From Flaccisagitta enflata (lineage: Eukaryota): 64,000 bases of DNA. The notes under the pieces are model-generated. The model searched no databases, was not told where the DNA came from, and was given only the letters and a program-made list of their open reading frames with translations. The stretch is from positions 41,416,001-41,480,000 of the forward strand of contig OZ231126.1 in the NCBI GenBank assembly GCA_965153355.1, written 5' to 3'. Made by a program: the position numbers and the translations under genes. Of the stretch, positions 22,891 to 36,499 are shown one piece after another (the stretch's first letter is position 1; every line of letters starts with the position of its first letter).

Positions 22891-24896
22891 AACCACCAAT
22901 ATACACTTTCATCGTAGATGAATGTATCACGGATGAATGAATGGACCAAAAGTGGCCTTATGATCATTATGACGGCGTGCAATTTAAGATCATATCGGAA
23001 GTTAGCGATCAATCTATTATTAAAATTCAAAAAGCATATATCTGTTCAAACCATTTCCATCGTTACACATATCTCCCACCATTACCAATCATACATCTAA
23101 CTCCCAACAGAACCAAAACAAAAAGGACCGTTGCAATGGAATTGACCAACTACAGTACCCCTTGTTCCATGCTGGCGTTACGACCGGAACTTCTCTGTCT
23201 GTAACTAATTTTTATCATGCCATTATGATTACAACAGACTTGCGTTTACCATTGCTGTTATCAGCCGGAAGTGCGCGTTTTTACAGTTTTTTATTTTAAG
23301 CATGATAGGCGGACGGACAGATGGACCAATGGACGGATAATGCCTACTCTACGGTCGCAAGTCATATATTTCTGTTACAGGAATGATCCCTGGAATGTTT
23401 TTGAGCGTATGTTTTTTTTCCATTGGCTTGTTATTTGCGTCGTATTTTTGCATTACAACCCCCCCACCCCTGTTGCCACCATCTAATTAACAGGATGTGC
23501 AAACAATTTGGCAAAATTTTACAAAGAACAGTTTTAAATTGCTTTCAAATGATTCTTTAAATCAGAATATAGCTTAGATATGAGGGTTTGTTAGTTTCAT
23601 ATATCTCTTTGCCCACAGGCAGCAAAAATTCATGAATTGAAATCTATGGAGGGGAGGAAAGGTCCATTTATGGTGGTCATGGGAAAATGAATTCTGATAA
23701 ACAAACCAAAATTGATAATGACTTTCAAATTGTTTGATTTGATTTTCTACAATTGTTTTTAAGCCAATTTTGAGTCAGAATGACTGTACTGCTTCTATGA
23801 TGATTATCCCTCAATGAATTGACCACTTTGGTATACTGATTTGGATGTAATATTAAGCTTAGTGGTTGATATCCTCAGCTTTGTTTTACTGGTAAAAATC
23901 CTGTGAAATAGGAGAGTTAGACCGGAGCATAATTCATTCCTTTGCCAACCAAGATTATTCTTATGAAAAACTACACATTTTAACATCTAGTAGAATTAAT
24001 TAGGAGGCTACACCCCAAAATTTGTATTACTGGGCCATCAAGAAGTGTGGTTTTTGTACTTTTATATTTTTGCCAAATTTTTTGCACATCCTGTTACTTG
24101 GCCGTCCCCGCTCATCATCGGCGATTTACATTTTACAACCGCTTAAAGTATTGTTTGCTATCTAAGATAAAATTTCCCATGATTTTTTTCGTTCTGTTTT
24201 ACAATGTTGTATCAATATTCCATCGGTGTACTTATCTTGAATGGTGTATGGAAAATCTTGATTGGAAATAATTGACTACCTCTAAAAAAATCACCTTTCA
24301 GCATTCGTTCGTTCATGTTGACTTACTGTGTCCTGATTCTAATTTACAATGACATGGTTTTGTTTGAGTATATAGGAGCTAATTGCAAATGTGACAATTC
24401 ATATCAATACAGATAAAACAGAAAGATCATAAACAGCATTTTATTAGAGTTTCAAACAAAAGAGAGGAAAAAAGTGAATCAGGATAACCAGTTACCATAT
24501 ACACCTAATGTTAGTATAGTTTTACCTACAGGACTTAGTTGAAAACAAAATAATAACTCTTCCCTTACACTCTTCTACAATAAAAACCGAGTCTATAAGA
24601 ACATTGAAAGGCTTAGAATTAAAAAACGATTCTCGCTTCTATCAACATTTAAAAGAATTGATTTAAGTATGAATTTGATAGTACTCTATAATTTCTAATA
24701 AAGATTTTGTTAAAAAGTTTTACGATTCTACAATTTTGGAATTCAATTTAGGCTATCAACATAGATATATTTAGTACTATCAAATGATAGATAACAATAG
24801 GTTTTTTTTAAACTTTCATGTAGTATTTCAAATTAAGAACGTTTTGAAGATAAGAAAGAACAAAAAGTCTTCAAATAGAAAATAACGTTCTTTTAA

Positions 24897-25131
24897 AACA
24901 AGGCCGGATACACGGCTACCCTAGTCGCGTGCGGGTGGGCAGGAGCAGTGCTGGAGAAGATCACCAGGGCATCTGGGCAGGAGCCGTATGCTTAAAAAGC
25001 TCAAAAACGCCGAAAAAGCCAAAAGGGGACCGACCGACCGACCAACTGATCGACCGACCGACCAACCAACAGACCGACCAACCGACCGACCGACATAGCG
25101 GGATGTAGAGTCACGTGGCACGCGACTAAAA
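24897..25131 (-). mobile_element. HINE-like short element
   Basis: AACAAGGCCGGATACACGGC, AGTCGCGTGC, (GACC)n tract, GCACGCGACTAAAAA. Confidence 0.85.
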
Positions 25132-25244
25132 ATTGTATTTTGGACTAATTCACAGTGCGGAAGCATTTTGTTTGCTCTTTGAGTATGTACTGCCATGGCA
25201 CTGCTTCTGTTGGATCATAGAGAACATCCTGATGAAACAAAAGA

Positions 25245-25436
25245 TTTTCAGTCGCGTGCTACGCGACTCTACACCCCGCTATGTCCGTCCATTGGTCGGT
25301 CGATCGGTCCCCATTTTATTTTTTTCATGTTTTCATGGTCTTTGGCTTCACTGATCCTGCCCAAATGCTCTGGTAACTCAAAAACTGCTATTGCCCACCC
25401 GCACGCGACTGGGGAAGCCGCGTTACCGGCCTTGTT
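25245..25436 (+). mobile_element. HINE-like short element
   Basis: AGTCGCGTGCTACGCGACT head, GCACGCGACT subTIR, CCGGCCTTGTT end. Confidence 0.85.
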
Positions 25437-26100
25437 TTTAATTTCTGATCCTTGTTACCAATAAAGGCGGCTAATCGCCGTAGGAAAAAAGTCGTAAATG
25501 TTGAGAAAAAAAAAAGAGTTGCGGATGTTGGACTGGTGGACAGGGGCATCCGACCCCCATCTATAACCTAACCCCCACACAAGCGTCTAGACCGCTTGTT
25601 TTTCGACTTTTCCACTTGGACAGACAGACAGACTGACAGACCAATAGATGGACTGACGGACAATGCCTCTCATAGAGTCCAGAGTTGAAATGAGAGAGAG
25701 ACTGTGCTCTCAGGATGCGCAATTATCGCCTGGGACATTTAAAAGTTCAAATACACTTTAGCTAACTCAATTCCTTATTTTTGAGAAAAATGCAAAAAAT
25801 GCAAAAAAATGCAACAAGATTCAAAAAATCATAGCTCTGACACTATCAATCGCACAGAATTCTGCTTGGCGTCATCTGAAAGAGGAGATTTAGTTCTTTC
25901 TTAGCTATTAATTTCATGCGTAGTCCCCTTCGGCCCCCAAAATTGACCAATTTCGCAAAAGACTCAGGAGAAAATGGGAAAATCGATTTCCGCCGTAGGT
26001 CTCAAAAAGCCGAAGGTATTCTTCGACTTTTTTCCAAAAAATGCACTCTTTTCTGTTACGTAGGGCACGATTAGGATCAATGATCATTGGGAAAAATGGA

Positions 26101-26324
26101 AACAAGGCCGGAAACACAGCTACCCTAGTTGCGTGCCACTGGGCAGGAACAGTGCTGGAGAAGGTCAACAGGGCATCTGGGCAGGAGCCATATCCTCAAA
26201 AAGCTTAAAAACGTAGAAAAAGTAAAAAGGGGACTGACCAACTGACCGACCAACCAACCAATGAACGGACTGACCATCCGACCGACAGAGCGGGGTGTAG
26301 AGTCATGTAGCATGCGACTAAAAA
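26101..26324 (-). mobile_element. HINE-like short element
   Basis: Close relative of 24897-25131. Confidence 0.8.
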
Positions 26325-26492
26325 TGCGATAAATTGAAAAAAAAGATTCAACTTAAAATTAGGATCATTGAAGAATATTGATCTTTGGGAGAAAAGAGAA
26401 AAATGCGAAAAAATAAAAAAAGATTTAAAAACTATCGATCGCACAGAATTCTACTTGGCGTCATCTGAAAGAGGAGAATTAGTTCTTTCATA

Positions 26493-27255
26493 CCCTGTGT
26501 TCAAAAGCAAGTGATACAAGCAAAACCTTTATTGCGCCTAAAATGTTCATTTTGAGAATTTTGGATTTGTTCTACCTGAAAGCACATAACCTACCATTTA
26601 TTCGTACAAAATTTCATAGCGGTGGCTCTAGCGGTTGAGCTTCCACATAGTTTTGAATGAAAATGTGGATAAACCATTAGAAGATTCCTAAGATAATGAA
26701 GGACTGACTTATACAGCTTAGAATCAATGGCATTCTTAGATGAATGATGCAAAAATAGCCAGATTGGTCCAGAAAGCAGGATATTAGTTTCAGTTTACAT
26801 ATCTCAAGCCATAAATACCAAATCGCGGAAATTCAAGTGCAGAATCTTAAGTTTTCTATGATTTTTTTACGTTTGAATAGGTTTTGCATCACATTGCTAG
26901 TCATGAGGTTTCTAGTTTTCTCCAAAGTACTGACAAATCAAATCATATGAAAAAGAAGGGTAAAATACTAACCATTCACTAACAATCTGGTGATTTTAGC
27001 TCAATTCATGCAAAAATTACAAGGATTCATTGATGGAAAACAGTTTAACAATGCAGTTTTTGAGCAAAATTCCTGGAAATTTTATAGATTTTCAGAATAT
27101 TGTGGAAGCTGAACTGCTAGACCCGTTGCTTTGAAATTTTGCATGAATAAATGGTAGGTTATATGCTTTCAGATAAAACCAATCTAAATTTCTCAAAATA
27201 AATACTTAAGGCGCAATAAAGGTTTTGCTGGTATCACTTGCTTTTGAACACAGGG
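26493..27255. mobile_element. MITE family CCCTGT-TTCAAAAGCAA (TA TSD), copy 1
   Basis: TA|CCCTGTGTTCAAAAGCAAGTGATAC ... GTATCACTTGCTTTTGAACACAGGG|TA; ~160-bp TIRs; an empty-site paralog lies at ~25900. Confidence 0.92.
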
Positions 27256-30200
27256 TAGCTATTAATTTCATGCGTAGCATCATTCAAGCCCAAAAAATGA
27301 TCAACTTTCGCAAACCACTCATGAGAAAAGGGGGAAAATGGATTTCCGCCGTAGGTCTAAAAAAGCCGAAGGTATTCTTCGACTTTTTTTCCAAATGAAT
27401 GGATATGCCATAATGCTAGTACTCGAACTAGCAGTGGATTTTTTCTAATGCTAGCAGATAGCACTTTTGAAATTTTTTTGCTAGCACTGCTAGCAGAATA
27501 TAGCAATTATAGATATAATGGTTTATAATCAGATTGGAAGGCACAAAAAGAGTAAAAATGTCTTAAGGGATGATATTCAAACTTGTTTTTGATATAGTTA
27601 TAATATAAGGGGTGGCTAAAAAAAAACCTAATAGTAAAATTGTTTACATAGAAACGGGTTGGTTTCTTTTTTGGTTGCTAGGGAAAAACTTAAGAATGCA
27701 GCATCCGCAGCTCAGTAGAACAGATCAGCAATCTCAGATTTTCTTGAAACCCCTGCCAATATTTGGGTGAAGCACAGTTGAAAACAAAAGAACAATGGGG
27801 TGTGATTGTATAAGCAAAACAATTTAGGGGGTGGTGCAAAGGTGACAATTTTTTGTCATCATAAAGCTTGTTTTCTTTTTTTTACCGACTGATAAAATGA
27901 GAAACCAACACATCACTGGTTTTAAAACCTTTATCATAGTTACACATTTTAACTAAATTCAAATCAAAGTTTTGCTGTGGTTTAACAAATATACTGCAAT
28001 ATGCAAATTAGTTTTAAAACTTAAGAAATGACTCATCTTTCAATGTTCAGTAAAGCAAAGTTTTATTTAAAACATTTCTTGTGACAATAAAAATATTGAT
28101 ATCAATCAAGAATTTTGCAAGAGTCAAAACATTAAAGCCTTACTATTCCAATTACCTTGTGAATTAACACCTAACTTTCAATAGCCATATTTTTTGTTGG
28201 TTAAGATTTGAAGCAAGAAATTTTGTATTTTCCAGACTGTTTCATTTCTTATGACTAAAGAGATCATCTGCAATCTTTGCACAATGTTAAGGGATCAAAA
28301 GTCTACATGATTCATCATTAATCTCTGACCCAAAGTATTTGACGAAATAATAGTAAAGAAAAGGTATAATTTCTTGTAGACAATTCATCTTTATCTAGTC
28401 TGTGTTAGTTCAGGAATCTATACTGTTGATGACAGCAATATGTAAATGAGATTTTTAGAAATGAGGATCCGACTCCGAAGTGATTGGGCTTTAAAAATTC
28501 ATATTGCCAAGTGGTTCTAATGCTCCAAGACAGAAGTAAATAACATTCTCAAATTGGCATACCCAATAACTAACCAGTTCATCAGTGTAGTGATTACACT
28601 TCATTTCAATAATCAACATACCTTCCCAAACGTAATCAATCACCTTGGTAAACATTTAAATACTGGATTTCTAGCACGCCTTCATATATTGATTTTCAAA
28701 GATATGTTTAATTGCATGTACCTTGGCAGATAAAGACGGTATAATCAGTCAACTGAGAGTGCTTTTTAAATACCCCAGCTTAGATCAAAACTGCTTATCT
28801 GAATCATGTCTTCTAAGTTATCTATACAATATTTCGAAATACATTGGGTTATTTTATAGCTGTATAAATGTTGATATAGACAAATGTGTGGTCTGCAACA
28901 TGCAAATTTAGTTTTAAGCAGAAAAGGAAAAAATAATAGAATGTTCCATTTATAGAATACTCATTTGCATATTGTGGCAATGGACTTTTCTTTATAAGAA
29001 TGAAGGTTTTGCATAAGTTTTAACTGCTCACATTTGATGGTATGATTACATGGACTTTTAAAGAATGATTACATTCCGTGCATGGTCATTTTTTGTTTGA
29101 GTTTTCTTTTGACTCCTATTTGTATTTTTTTCCGAAGAAGCTAAGTTGTAGTTATGGTAGATATCAAATTTTAAGCAATTATAGTTGCATTTTAGTCACA
29201 AAATCTAATTTGCATATTGTAGTCAGAGAAATTTATTTTCTTGAGAAATGTAATTGTTAGAAGACACTTGCTTTACCTATGGAGATTTCTTTTTATGACT
29301 GTATTCTTCTTTCTTAACTCATCCACTATCTGAAATTAATCATTGTTTGAATTGAAGGATTAAAAGAAAAGTGTGTCTTAAAACGCTATCTTATGTGCAA
29401 AATGAAAAATAATGACAAAAAAAATCAAACTAAGTCAATTGCCTTCAAATGCTGCCTCCTATCCGAAATTTTATGTGGGCCTGTGACTTAAAACAAAGTT
29501 GAGTTTATCTAGTGATTTAACTTGGATCATTAAGAAAGAAGAAATAATGTGTTTATGGAATTCTTAGTTCAAAATGTTATATTGACAAAGCCTTTGTACA
29601 AGGAGCACAGGTGTTGTTTTCCATGGGTCAGTTTAAAAAAAATATATGGAAAATCAAATTTGACCTCTGGATGATGCTATCATTTTTAAACTGATTTGCA
29701 TAATGTGGTTTGGAAACTTTCATACTTTTTTTTAAATCATAGAATAGAAATGATGGGATGGTTTTATGTTCATGTGGGGAATGTATCATAGCACAAGAAA
29801 TATTAACAATCTTTAGTCAACTATTTGTTTGTTCAAATTTTGAGCCTAAATGATAACTAAATACCTAAAAAGCTAAGATTTGAGGGATAACCTTAAGATT
29901 CAATTCAAACACTTCACTTGTTAGTCAATCGTTCCATTATTTTGAGAAAAGATGAACTAGTTCAAATGATGCTTGATATTTGTGAAAGAACATAAGTTAT
30001 TAGCTTGGAAAATTTTCACCATGTTGTTTTTTTTTCTTTAAGCATGCAGGTTGAACTTGATTTAAAACTTTATTGGTTAGAAAAACAAAAGATGTGCCTC
30101 ACCAGTTTATCCAGATGCATTACTCATTCAAACTCATTTGCATATTGCTGTTTGACCATTTTGTTCCTCTTGTAAGCCCATTGAAACAATAACCATATTA

Positions 30201-30691
30201 AAAACATCCTCCTTAAGATTTGAATCTTATAAATGAAATATTTTGAATTGCAAAAAAGTGAGTATCATTTATTGGTTGTTCAAGTTCACACTTCATTTGT
30301 CACCAAGAGCAACTTGAAATTTGTTTGCCATAAAGATTTATTCCCATTGTTTTTTTGTTTTTGCTCCTGACGCAGCGAAGTTTTGCAGCTATCATTGCTA
30401 GATGTCTCAGGGTGTAAATTTGCAATTCTACTGAGGAAAAGAACAATTTCAGCCAGTAAAACTGGTTACTATTAGGTTTTTTAATAGCCATCCCTTACCT
30501 ACTTTATTTATAATATGACATGTGCAGCAATTCATCCTACATAAAACTCATACAATTAATCAAAAGGAAACAGAAATTGAAAAAAATCTGGAAATAATAT
30601 GGACACTTATATAGTGTAAGCTTCCATTACATACACATACATACCTAAAATATGGTCTTTTGAAACACTATCAAAATTCCTTAGGCATATA

Positions 30692-31199
30692 ACGGGTGGA
30701 CTTTAAAAAAGTAACTTTTAATTTTTTCATATCACTTTTAAAATTTCTCCTAAGTAAAAAAATTCTTTTTAGTTATTTAGATATGATCATGCACATCATT
30801 TTTCAAGTTATCTTAAAAAGACTGAATTGAATTAGGGACTACTTGAAAAATTTTGCTTGAAATTGAGTATAAAATAGTGTTCTCTCCAAAGTTTGCTTTT
30901 GAATCGCAATAGTTGATTAAAAGTAGGTCTTAGAAAAGTATGAGCACCAATTTTTAAAAAAACAAAAAAACAAATACATATCCAAAACACTAATGATTAT
31001 CGATCATCATTTTTTATCAAAATAGGCAATAATGCCCAGAAAATTTTTTTGGATTGACCAAACATAATTTGAATTTGTATATTATGTTCATGTACACAAA
31101 TTAAAAGGCTTATTTATTTTGAATGATCAAATAATAGGTAATTAAGAATAATTTTTATATTATTGAGATAAAGTGACTACTTTTTTTATGTCCACCCGG
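30692..31199. mobile_element. TA-flanked MITE (ACGGGTGG family) nested in the hAT element
   Basis: TA|ACGGGTGGAC...AAAAAAGTA at the left and TACTTTTTTTATGTCCACCCGG|TA at the right; related to 57418-58060. Confidence 0.7.
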
Positions 31200-31763
31200 T
31201 ACTTTTTACTAAATGCATCATAATTTCCTATCTTAAAAAACATGTTTTAATATATATCATTCTATTGTCAAAAAATCATCTGGGAAATCATCTGAAAACG
31301 GCTGAAGGTAATAACCCAAAGAGCAGCTCATACTTTTATCATTCTTAATATGGATGTAGATATAGATGTAGAGATTGATCTTGCTATTGGTACAATTTAA
31401 GACTGATTTTGATCATGATTGTAATGATTATCAGTGAATTAAGCTTATCTTTCAAAGAAAAAAAACATTTTTTACTGAAAACAGGTATCAAATATTTCAA
31501 GCTAAGTGCAGGAATTGATTTATGATATAGACAACATAATTGATTTAAACTAAGTTTAACTGTCAATAGAAATTTAGATTTTGATTAAAGCAATTCAAAA
31601 AAACTAAAAATTGTACAATAATGGAGGCATTTGAAACATGTCAAAAGTGCTACGACATTATAAGAGTAGAAGATATTTTTTGACTCAAAGTATAAAATGG
31701 TAGGTAAGTGAATAGTTGTTTAGACAGTCTATTTTGAGAAAGAGCGTGGATTGTCAATCCTAG

Positions 31764-31984
31764 CAGTGGCGTAGGAGGAGGGGCATCGGGGCGTCAGCTG
31801 TTGCCCCTACAGTCGGACACAGATGGCAGTTGGACACAGATGGCAGTTTTACACATTTTTTTTCAAAAAAAGAAAAAAAAAGGAAAAGAGGTTGAAAAAA
31901 AAAGAGCAAATGGGATAAGAAAAATAGCTTTTCATGGCAATGAAAAAAAGAAAGAAAGAAAGAAAGAAGAATGAGAAAGAAAAA

Positions 31985-32036
<52 letters not shown>

Positions 32037-32040
32037 AAAA

Positions 32041-32076
<36 letters not shown>

Positions 32077-33016
32077 AAAAAAGAAAGAAAATACAAAGGA
32101 AAAAAAAGAAGAAAGAAAATATAAAAGAAAGAAAGACAGAAAAGAAAAGAAATAGGAGAAGAAAGAAAGATGGAAAGTAAATGAGGTTGTTTTGCCTTGT
32201 TGACCCTAAGAAATATGAAAGAAAGAAAAAAGAAAAGAAAAACAAAAAGGGAGAAGAAAGAAAGTGGAAAAGAAAATATGGTTGTTTTGTCCTTTTGACC
32301 CTGAAAAATTGTGTCGGCACTAGCAGTAACAGATTTGGGTTACTGTAAATACAAAGCCAGTCTCAAGTAGATGCTAAAAAAACTCAATGAATATGACTAG
32401 AAATGTCGTTAAAATAGATACCCCCAGGAAAATATGGCCAGGGGAGGCACGCAGGTCAAGATCAGTAAGTTATTTCAATAATTAAGATCAATGAAAATAT
32501 AATTATTTTAAATTTTTTTTTAGGTGCGACAAAGCACCTCTATATCTGGCTGTGTCCATTGGTTGGTTGGGCGGTTGGTAACGCATTCATTTGACGATCC
32601 ACACGTTGCACCTTTTTGGTCTACTTGGCCTTGTTTGCTAAATTTTTAAATATTTTTTTAATAACTCCACATTTTTTTTTTATTTTTAAGATTTTGTTTT
32701 TTCATCTTATATTTTCTTTTATCTTATGAAATTTTTTTTTCTTATGGTTTGGTTTCATTTTTCAAAAATTAACCAAAAAATATATTTTTTTCATCCATGA
32801 AATTTTTTTAAACAATCAAATGAAATCTCTGGTGCTTTTTTTCTCTATCTTGAAATATGCACCCCTCCCCTGCAATGATTAAACTACATGTTATCAATCT
32901 ATTTTTCTTAACTGTAATATGGATTAAAGTAATAACATAATAAGTCAAACACAGTAATGAGTCGGACACAGATTGAGGCCTGACGCCCCTACCCATTTTC
33001 CTGCCCTACACTGCTG
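31764..33016. mobile_element. hAT-type MITE nested in the 6.1-kb element
   Basis: Perfect 8-bp TSD AATCCTAG (31756-31763, 33017-33024). Termini CAGTGGCGTAGG / CCTACACTGCTG. Contains (GAAA)n and a HINE. Confidence 0.8.
32517..32635 (+). mobile_element. HINE-like short element (AGGTGCGAC subfamily)
   Basis: AGGTGCGACAAAGCACCT head, GTTGCACCT subTIR, TTGGCCTTGTT end; reverse-complement match to 61274-61405. Confidence 0.75.
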
Positions 33017-33610
33017 AATCCTAGTGTTTTTTAAGTTTGAATTTATTTATATGGAAAAAAGGATGAATTTCTTTTTTTAATTCAGATGATCGAATTACTG
33101 ATTTATCAATAATGCGACAATGATCTAATGATTCTCTAATGACGATTTTGTGAAGCCGCCCTGTATAAAATATTCTTCATGACAATACTCCCTCTTTATT
33201 ACTCTTGTTGCATTAATGCCAATTGGTTTACCTACCATTGAATCTAAAATGACATGAGGCTTATTTTTAATTTACTTTTATTAAAACAGTGTTTCCAAGT
33301 ATAAGATTTTGGAAAAATCAAGTGAAAAGTCATGTATTCTGTAGATCCTGTATATTTCTGAAAAAGAAACAATTTTGAAAATTTTTTTGATAATATTTGT
33401 GTAAAAAACATCAAGAATGGCTAAAAATTTCTGCTATTTTCCGCTTACAGCAAAACAATTGCTGCTAGCAGAGCAGTTGGGATTTCTGCTAGCAGCTCTG
33501 CTAGCAAATTGCCTGCTAGTTCGAGTACTACTTAATGCCTTAATTGCGAATGCGCTCCGGCAAGGTCTGACATCATCTTAAGACTTTGATATTTTCAATT
33601 CTCTTATTGA

Positions 33611-33842
33611 TTTTTTTTAGTCGCGTGCACGCGACTCTACAACCCACTCTGTCCGTCTGTCGGTCCGTCCGTCCGTCCGTCCATAACGCTTTTTTTTTCA
33701 ACGTTTTACGCCATTTTACGTCGTTTTAAGTTATTCAAAGTTAATTCAAGTCAATTTACATTTAGTCTCTTAGTTTTAGTCTTTTAGCCTTTGGTCTAAT
33801 GGTCTTAACAACCGCACGCGACTGTAAAGGGTTGTCCATGTT
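33611..33842 (+). mobile_element. HINE-like short element
   Basis: AGTCGCGTGCACGCGACT head, (GTCC)n tract, GCACGCGACT subTIR. Confidence 0.8.
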
Positions 33843-34465
33843 TTATTTCTAACAAATTGAATAATTTGTCGGTCAATAAGAGAGGAGGCGCTAATCAAAA
33901 CAGGTACGGTATTGATGGAATGCAAATAATCAGGCATAACTTATTCGCAGGCCTGATTTCCATCCGTTCCAGGAATCTCAAGTTGCGAAACCTCGCTAGA
34001 GCGCCCCCGCTAACAAGGCATCCCCGCTTACATTAGTGTTAAAAGACCTGATTACAGTTGACAGAATAGTAAGAGTTTTGTCAAGCAAAAGTTTTAAGAT
34101 AACAAAATTGTAAAGTCATTTAACATGCATCAAAAGTGCTACAACATCATTGGGCCAGAAGATGTTCTTTGACTCTTCATGTATCTATACAGAAAATGGT
34201 ACTCAAGTCAAAACTTAGTTAACCAGTTGATTATGAGTAAAAGAATTAGTCGTCGATCCTAATGCCAAGGCATAAAATTGTCAGTTCCTGTTTAAATTTG
34301 AAAGTCATTTGAATATTGGCTCAATTTATGGCATGATTTAGTTCCTTGATGTGCGCCAAGTAAAGCCTAACGGTGTATTGATAATCAATTACACACAAAA
34401 AAATACAATGAGTGACACTTAATATCGAAAAAAAAGTACTTGATAGTGAGTTGATACATAGAAGT

Positions 34466-34672
34466 TTACATCACGCTGTCATCAGCGCATGTGACGGGCG
34501 AGTGTTTTTCCGCCAATTCGAAATTATTCGTGCGATAAAAAGTCTGATTGACAATGGATCTTCTGAAGTGTTTTTTGTCCGCTTCCGAAATGCTTTCCAG
34601 CGGAAGATTTTGGTTGTAAGCTCGATGACCGTAGATGGCGCTCGAACGCAGAGGAACCACGCGGACTCCCTC
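34466..34672 (-). CDS. CFAP90: Last coding exon of a CFAP90/C5orf49-like (DUF4541) ciliary gene
   Basis: Acceptor cttttgcccctgcacag|GAG, phase 0. Encodes EGVRVVPLRSSAIYGHRAYNQNLPLES...HFRRSIVNQTFYRTNN...stop, matching from memory the C5orf49 pattern EE.R.V.VL.SSVYG.R...P.E......R...V..DFYR.N. Confidence 0.8.
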   Translation of the reverse strand, partial: EGVRVVPLRSSAIYGHRAYNQNLPLESISEADKKHFRRSIVNQTFYRTNNFELAEKHSPVTCADDSVM

Positions 34673-34750
34673 CTGTGCAGGGGCAAAAGTGAGTGGAGCG
34701 GGAGGATACTGCGTAAGTCTTGATGATGACGAAGACGAAGGAGAATGGGG

Positions 34751-35240
<490 letters not shown>

Positions 35241-35511
35241 AAGACAGGAAGAGACAGGCAGAGAGACAGAAAGAGAAAGCATAAAAACAGAGGTGACAAA
35301 CAGAATATAGACAAAGAAAGTGTGAAAATGGAAGGAGAGAATCACTGGTCCAAATTTTCTTTTTGCCCGTCCTTTTTTGTTTCGCGTAACAATATCCAAA
35401 TATTTGGTAAACATTTGGATACTTTTACGATCAGAAATTGGATTCTTGCACGCTTTAGTTCATTTCCCATTTTGGATCTCTTTGTTAGGGTGGACCATAC
35501 CTTCGTTCGGC

Positions 35512-35605
<94 letters not shown>

Positions 35606-35913
35606 CGAGAGCGAGAGCGAGGGAAGAGAGAGACGCTTGTTTTTGGGTTATATGGCCGCGCATCGGTTCCCCCATGACTGTTCTCCAAAAATGAGAAATT
35701 CATTTCCCAATAAAGGAGAATTGATTTCCCCTATTCAGCCGCGAGCCTGTTTACGTTGTTATGTCTGTCGGTACGTTGATTCCGTAACATTCTTCCTTTG
35801 AGAGTGGTTTTCACATACCAACAGCCCCGTCCAACCGCAAGAGAGAAGGAGTAGAGGGGGGGGAGGGGGAGGGGGGAGGGGGCGTGGATCCGGCCTTCGG
35901 TGGTTCCCCTCAC

Positions 35914-36045
35914 CTCAGCGGCGATGTTCAAATCCGGTCTCAGATCAAAATCGTTTCTCGGCAGTGAAACTTTCTTCGGGTTAAAATCGACTTCGGGCCG
36001 GAAAAGACGATCATAGGACCAAAACAAATTGTACGCCGGGATTTC
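35914..36045 (-). CDS. CFAP90: Internal coding exon of the CFAP90-like gene
   Basis: Acceptor gtcgacacag|, donor GAG|gtgagg, 132 nt, phase 0-0. Encodes EIPAYNLFWSYDRLFRPEVDFNPKKVSLPRNDFDLRPDLNIAAE (cf. YD.IF....DYDQKL.RDD.....L.VNEE). Joins in frame to 34672. Confidence 0.8.
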
Positions 36046-36143
36046 CTGTGTCGACGCACACACAAATAGAATGCATGCAGACATTATCGGTTTGTTTGTG
36101 TGGGCAGAAGTGAAGATTTTTCTATTAGATTATCTCGCTGTAC

Positions 36144-36197
36144 ATCGGAAGAAAAGAGTCCCGTGCCTCCTTTGTCTACAGTTTGCACCAAGTCGAC
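36144..36197 (-). CDS. CFAP90: Probable small upstream exon of the CFAP90-like gene (acceptor position uncertain)
   Basis: Pyrimidine-rich tract ending ctgcag| (alternative tag| acceptor starting the exon at 36175). Donor GAT|gtacag is in phase with the next exon. Encodes ...KGGTGLFSSD. Confidence 0.45.
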
Positions 36198-36435
36198 CTG
36201 CAGGGTGTTCGGAGGTGGATGATGGGACAGAGGAACTCAGAAACAAGAAACTCAGATATAATTTCTCACTATTCTAATCAACAATCTGAACCAAACTGCT
36301 TCTCTACTCTCAACAAATGAAGGATTTATGGCTTATTTGCGAACCATCCGGAAAAAAATTGAGACCAATTGTAATCGCGAAGAGTAGATAATCGGAGATA
36401 TACATTTCATTTTATTTCATTCTAAAATCATTTAC

Positions 36436-36499
36436 ACAGGAATGTCGGATGGAAAGAAAAGTGAGCAGTGTATTTTGATAACATTGTGAACTTGTACAT
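36436..36499 (-). CDS. CFAP90: Putative first coding exon of the CFAP90-like gene
   Basis: Encodes MYKFTMLSKYTAHFSFHPTFL; FSFHP resembles the family FSYIP motif. Donor T|gtaaat (phase 1, compatible with the 36175 acceptor). Strong polypyrimidine acceptor upstream at ~36585-36620. Confidence 0.35.

Larger units (their letters stand above)
27417..33530. mobile_element. 6.1-kb hAT-type element without an intact transposase, carrying nested insertions
   Basis: 18-bp perfect TIR TAGTACTCGAACTAGCAG / CTGCTAGTTCGAGTACTA. Flanks CATAATGC / CTTAATGC (7/8 TSD). Repeated TGCTAGCA subterminal motifs at both ends. Confidence 0.8.

Noticed and set aside
30301-30333. HQEQLEICL resembling a hAT transposase EQL motif
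   Set aside because: Isolated short match bounded by a stop; I could not find supporting motifs in consistent order and strand.
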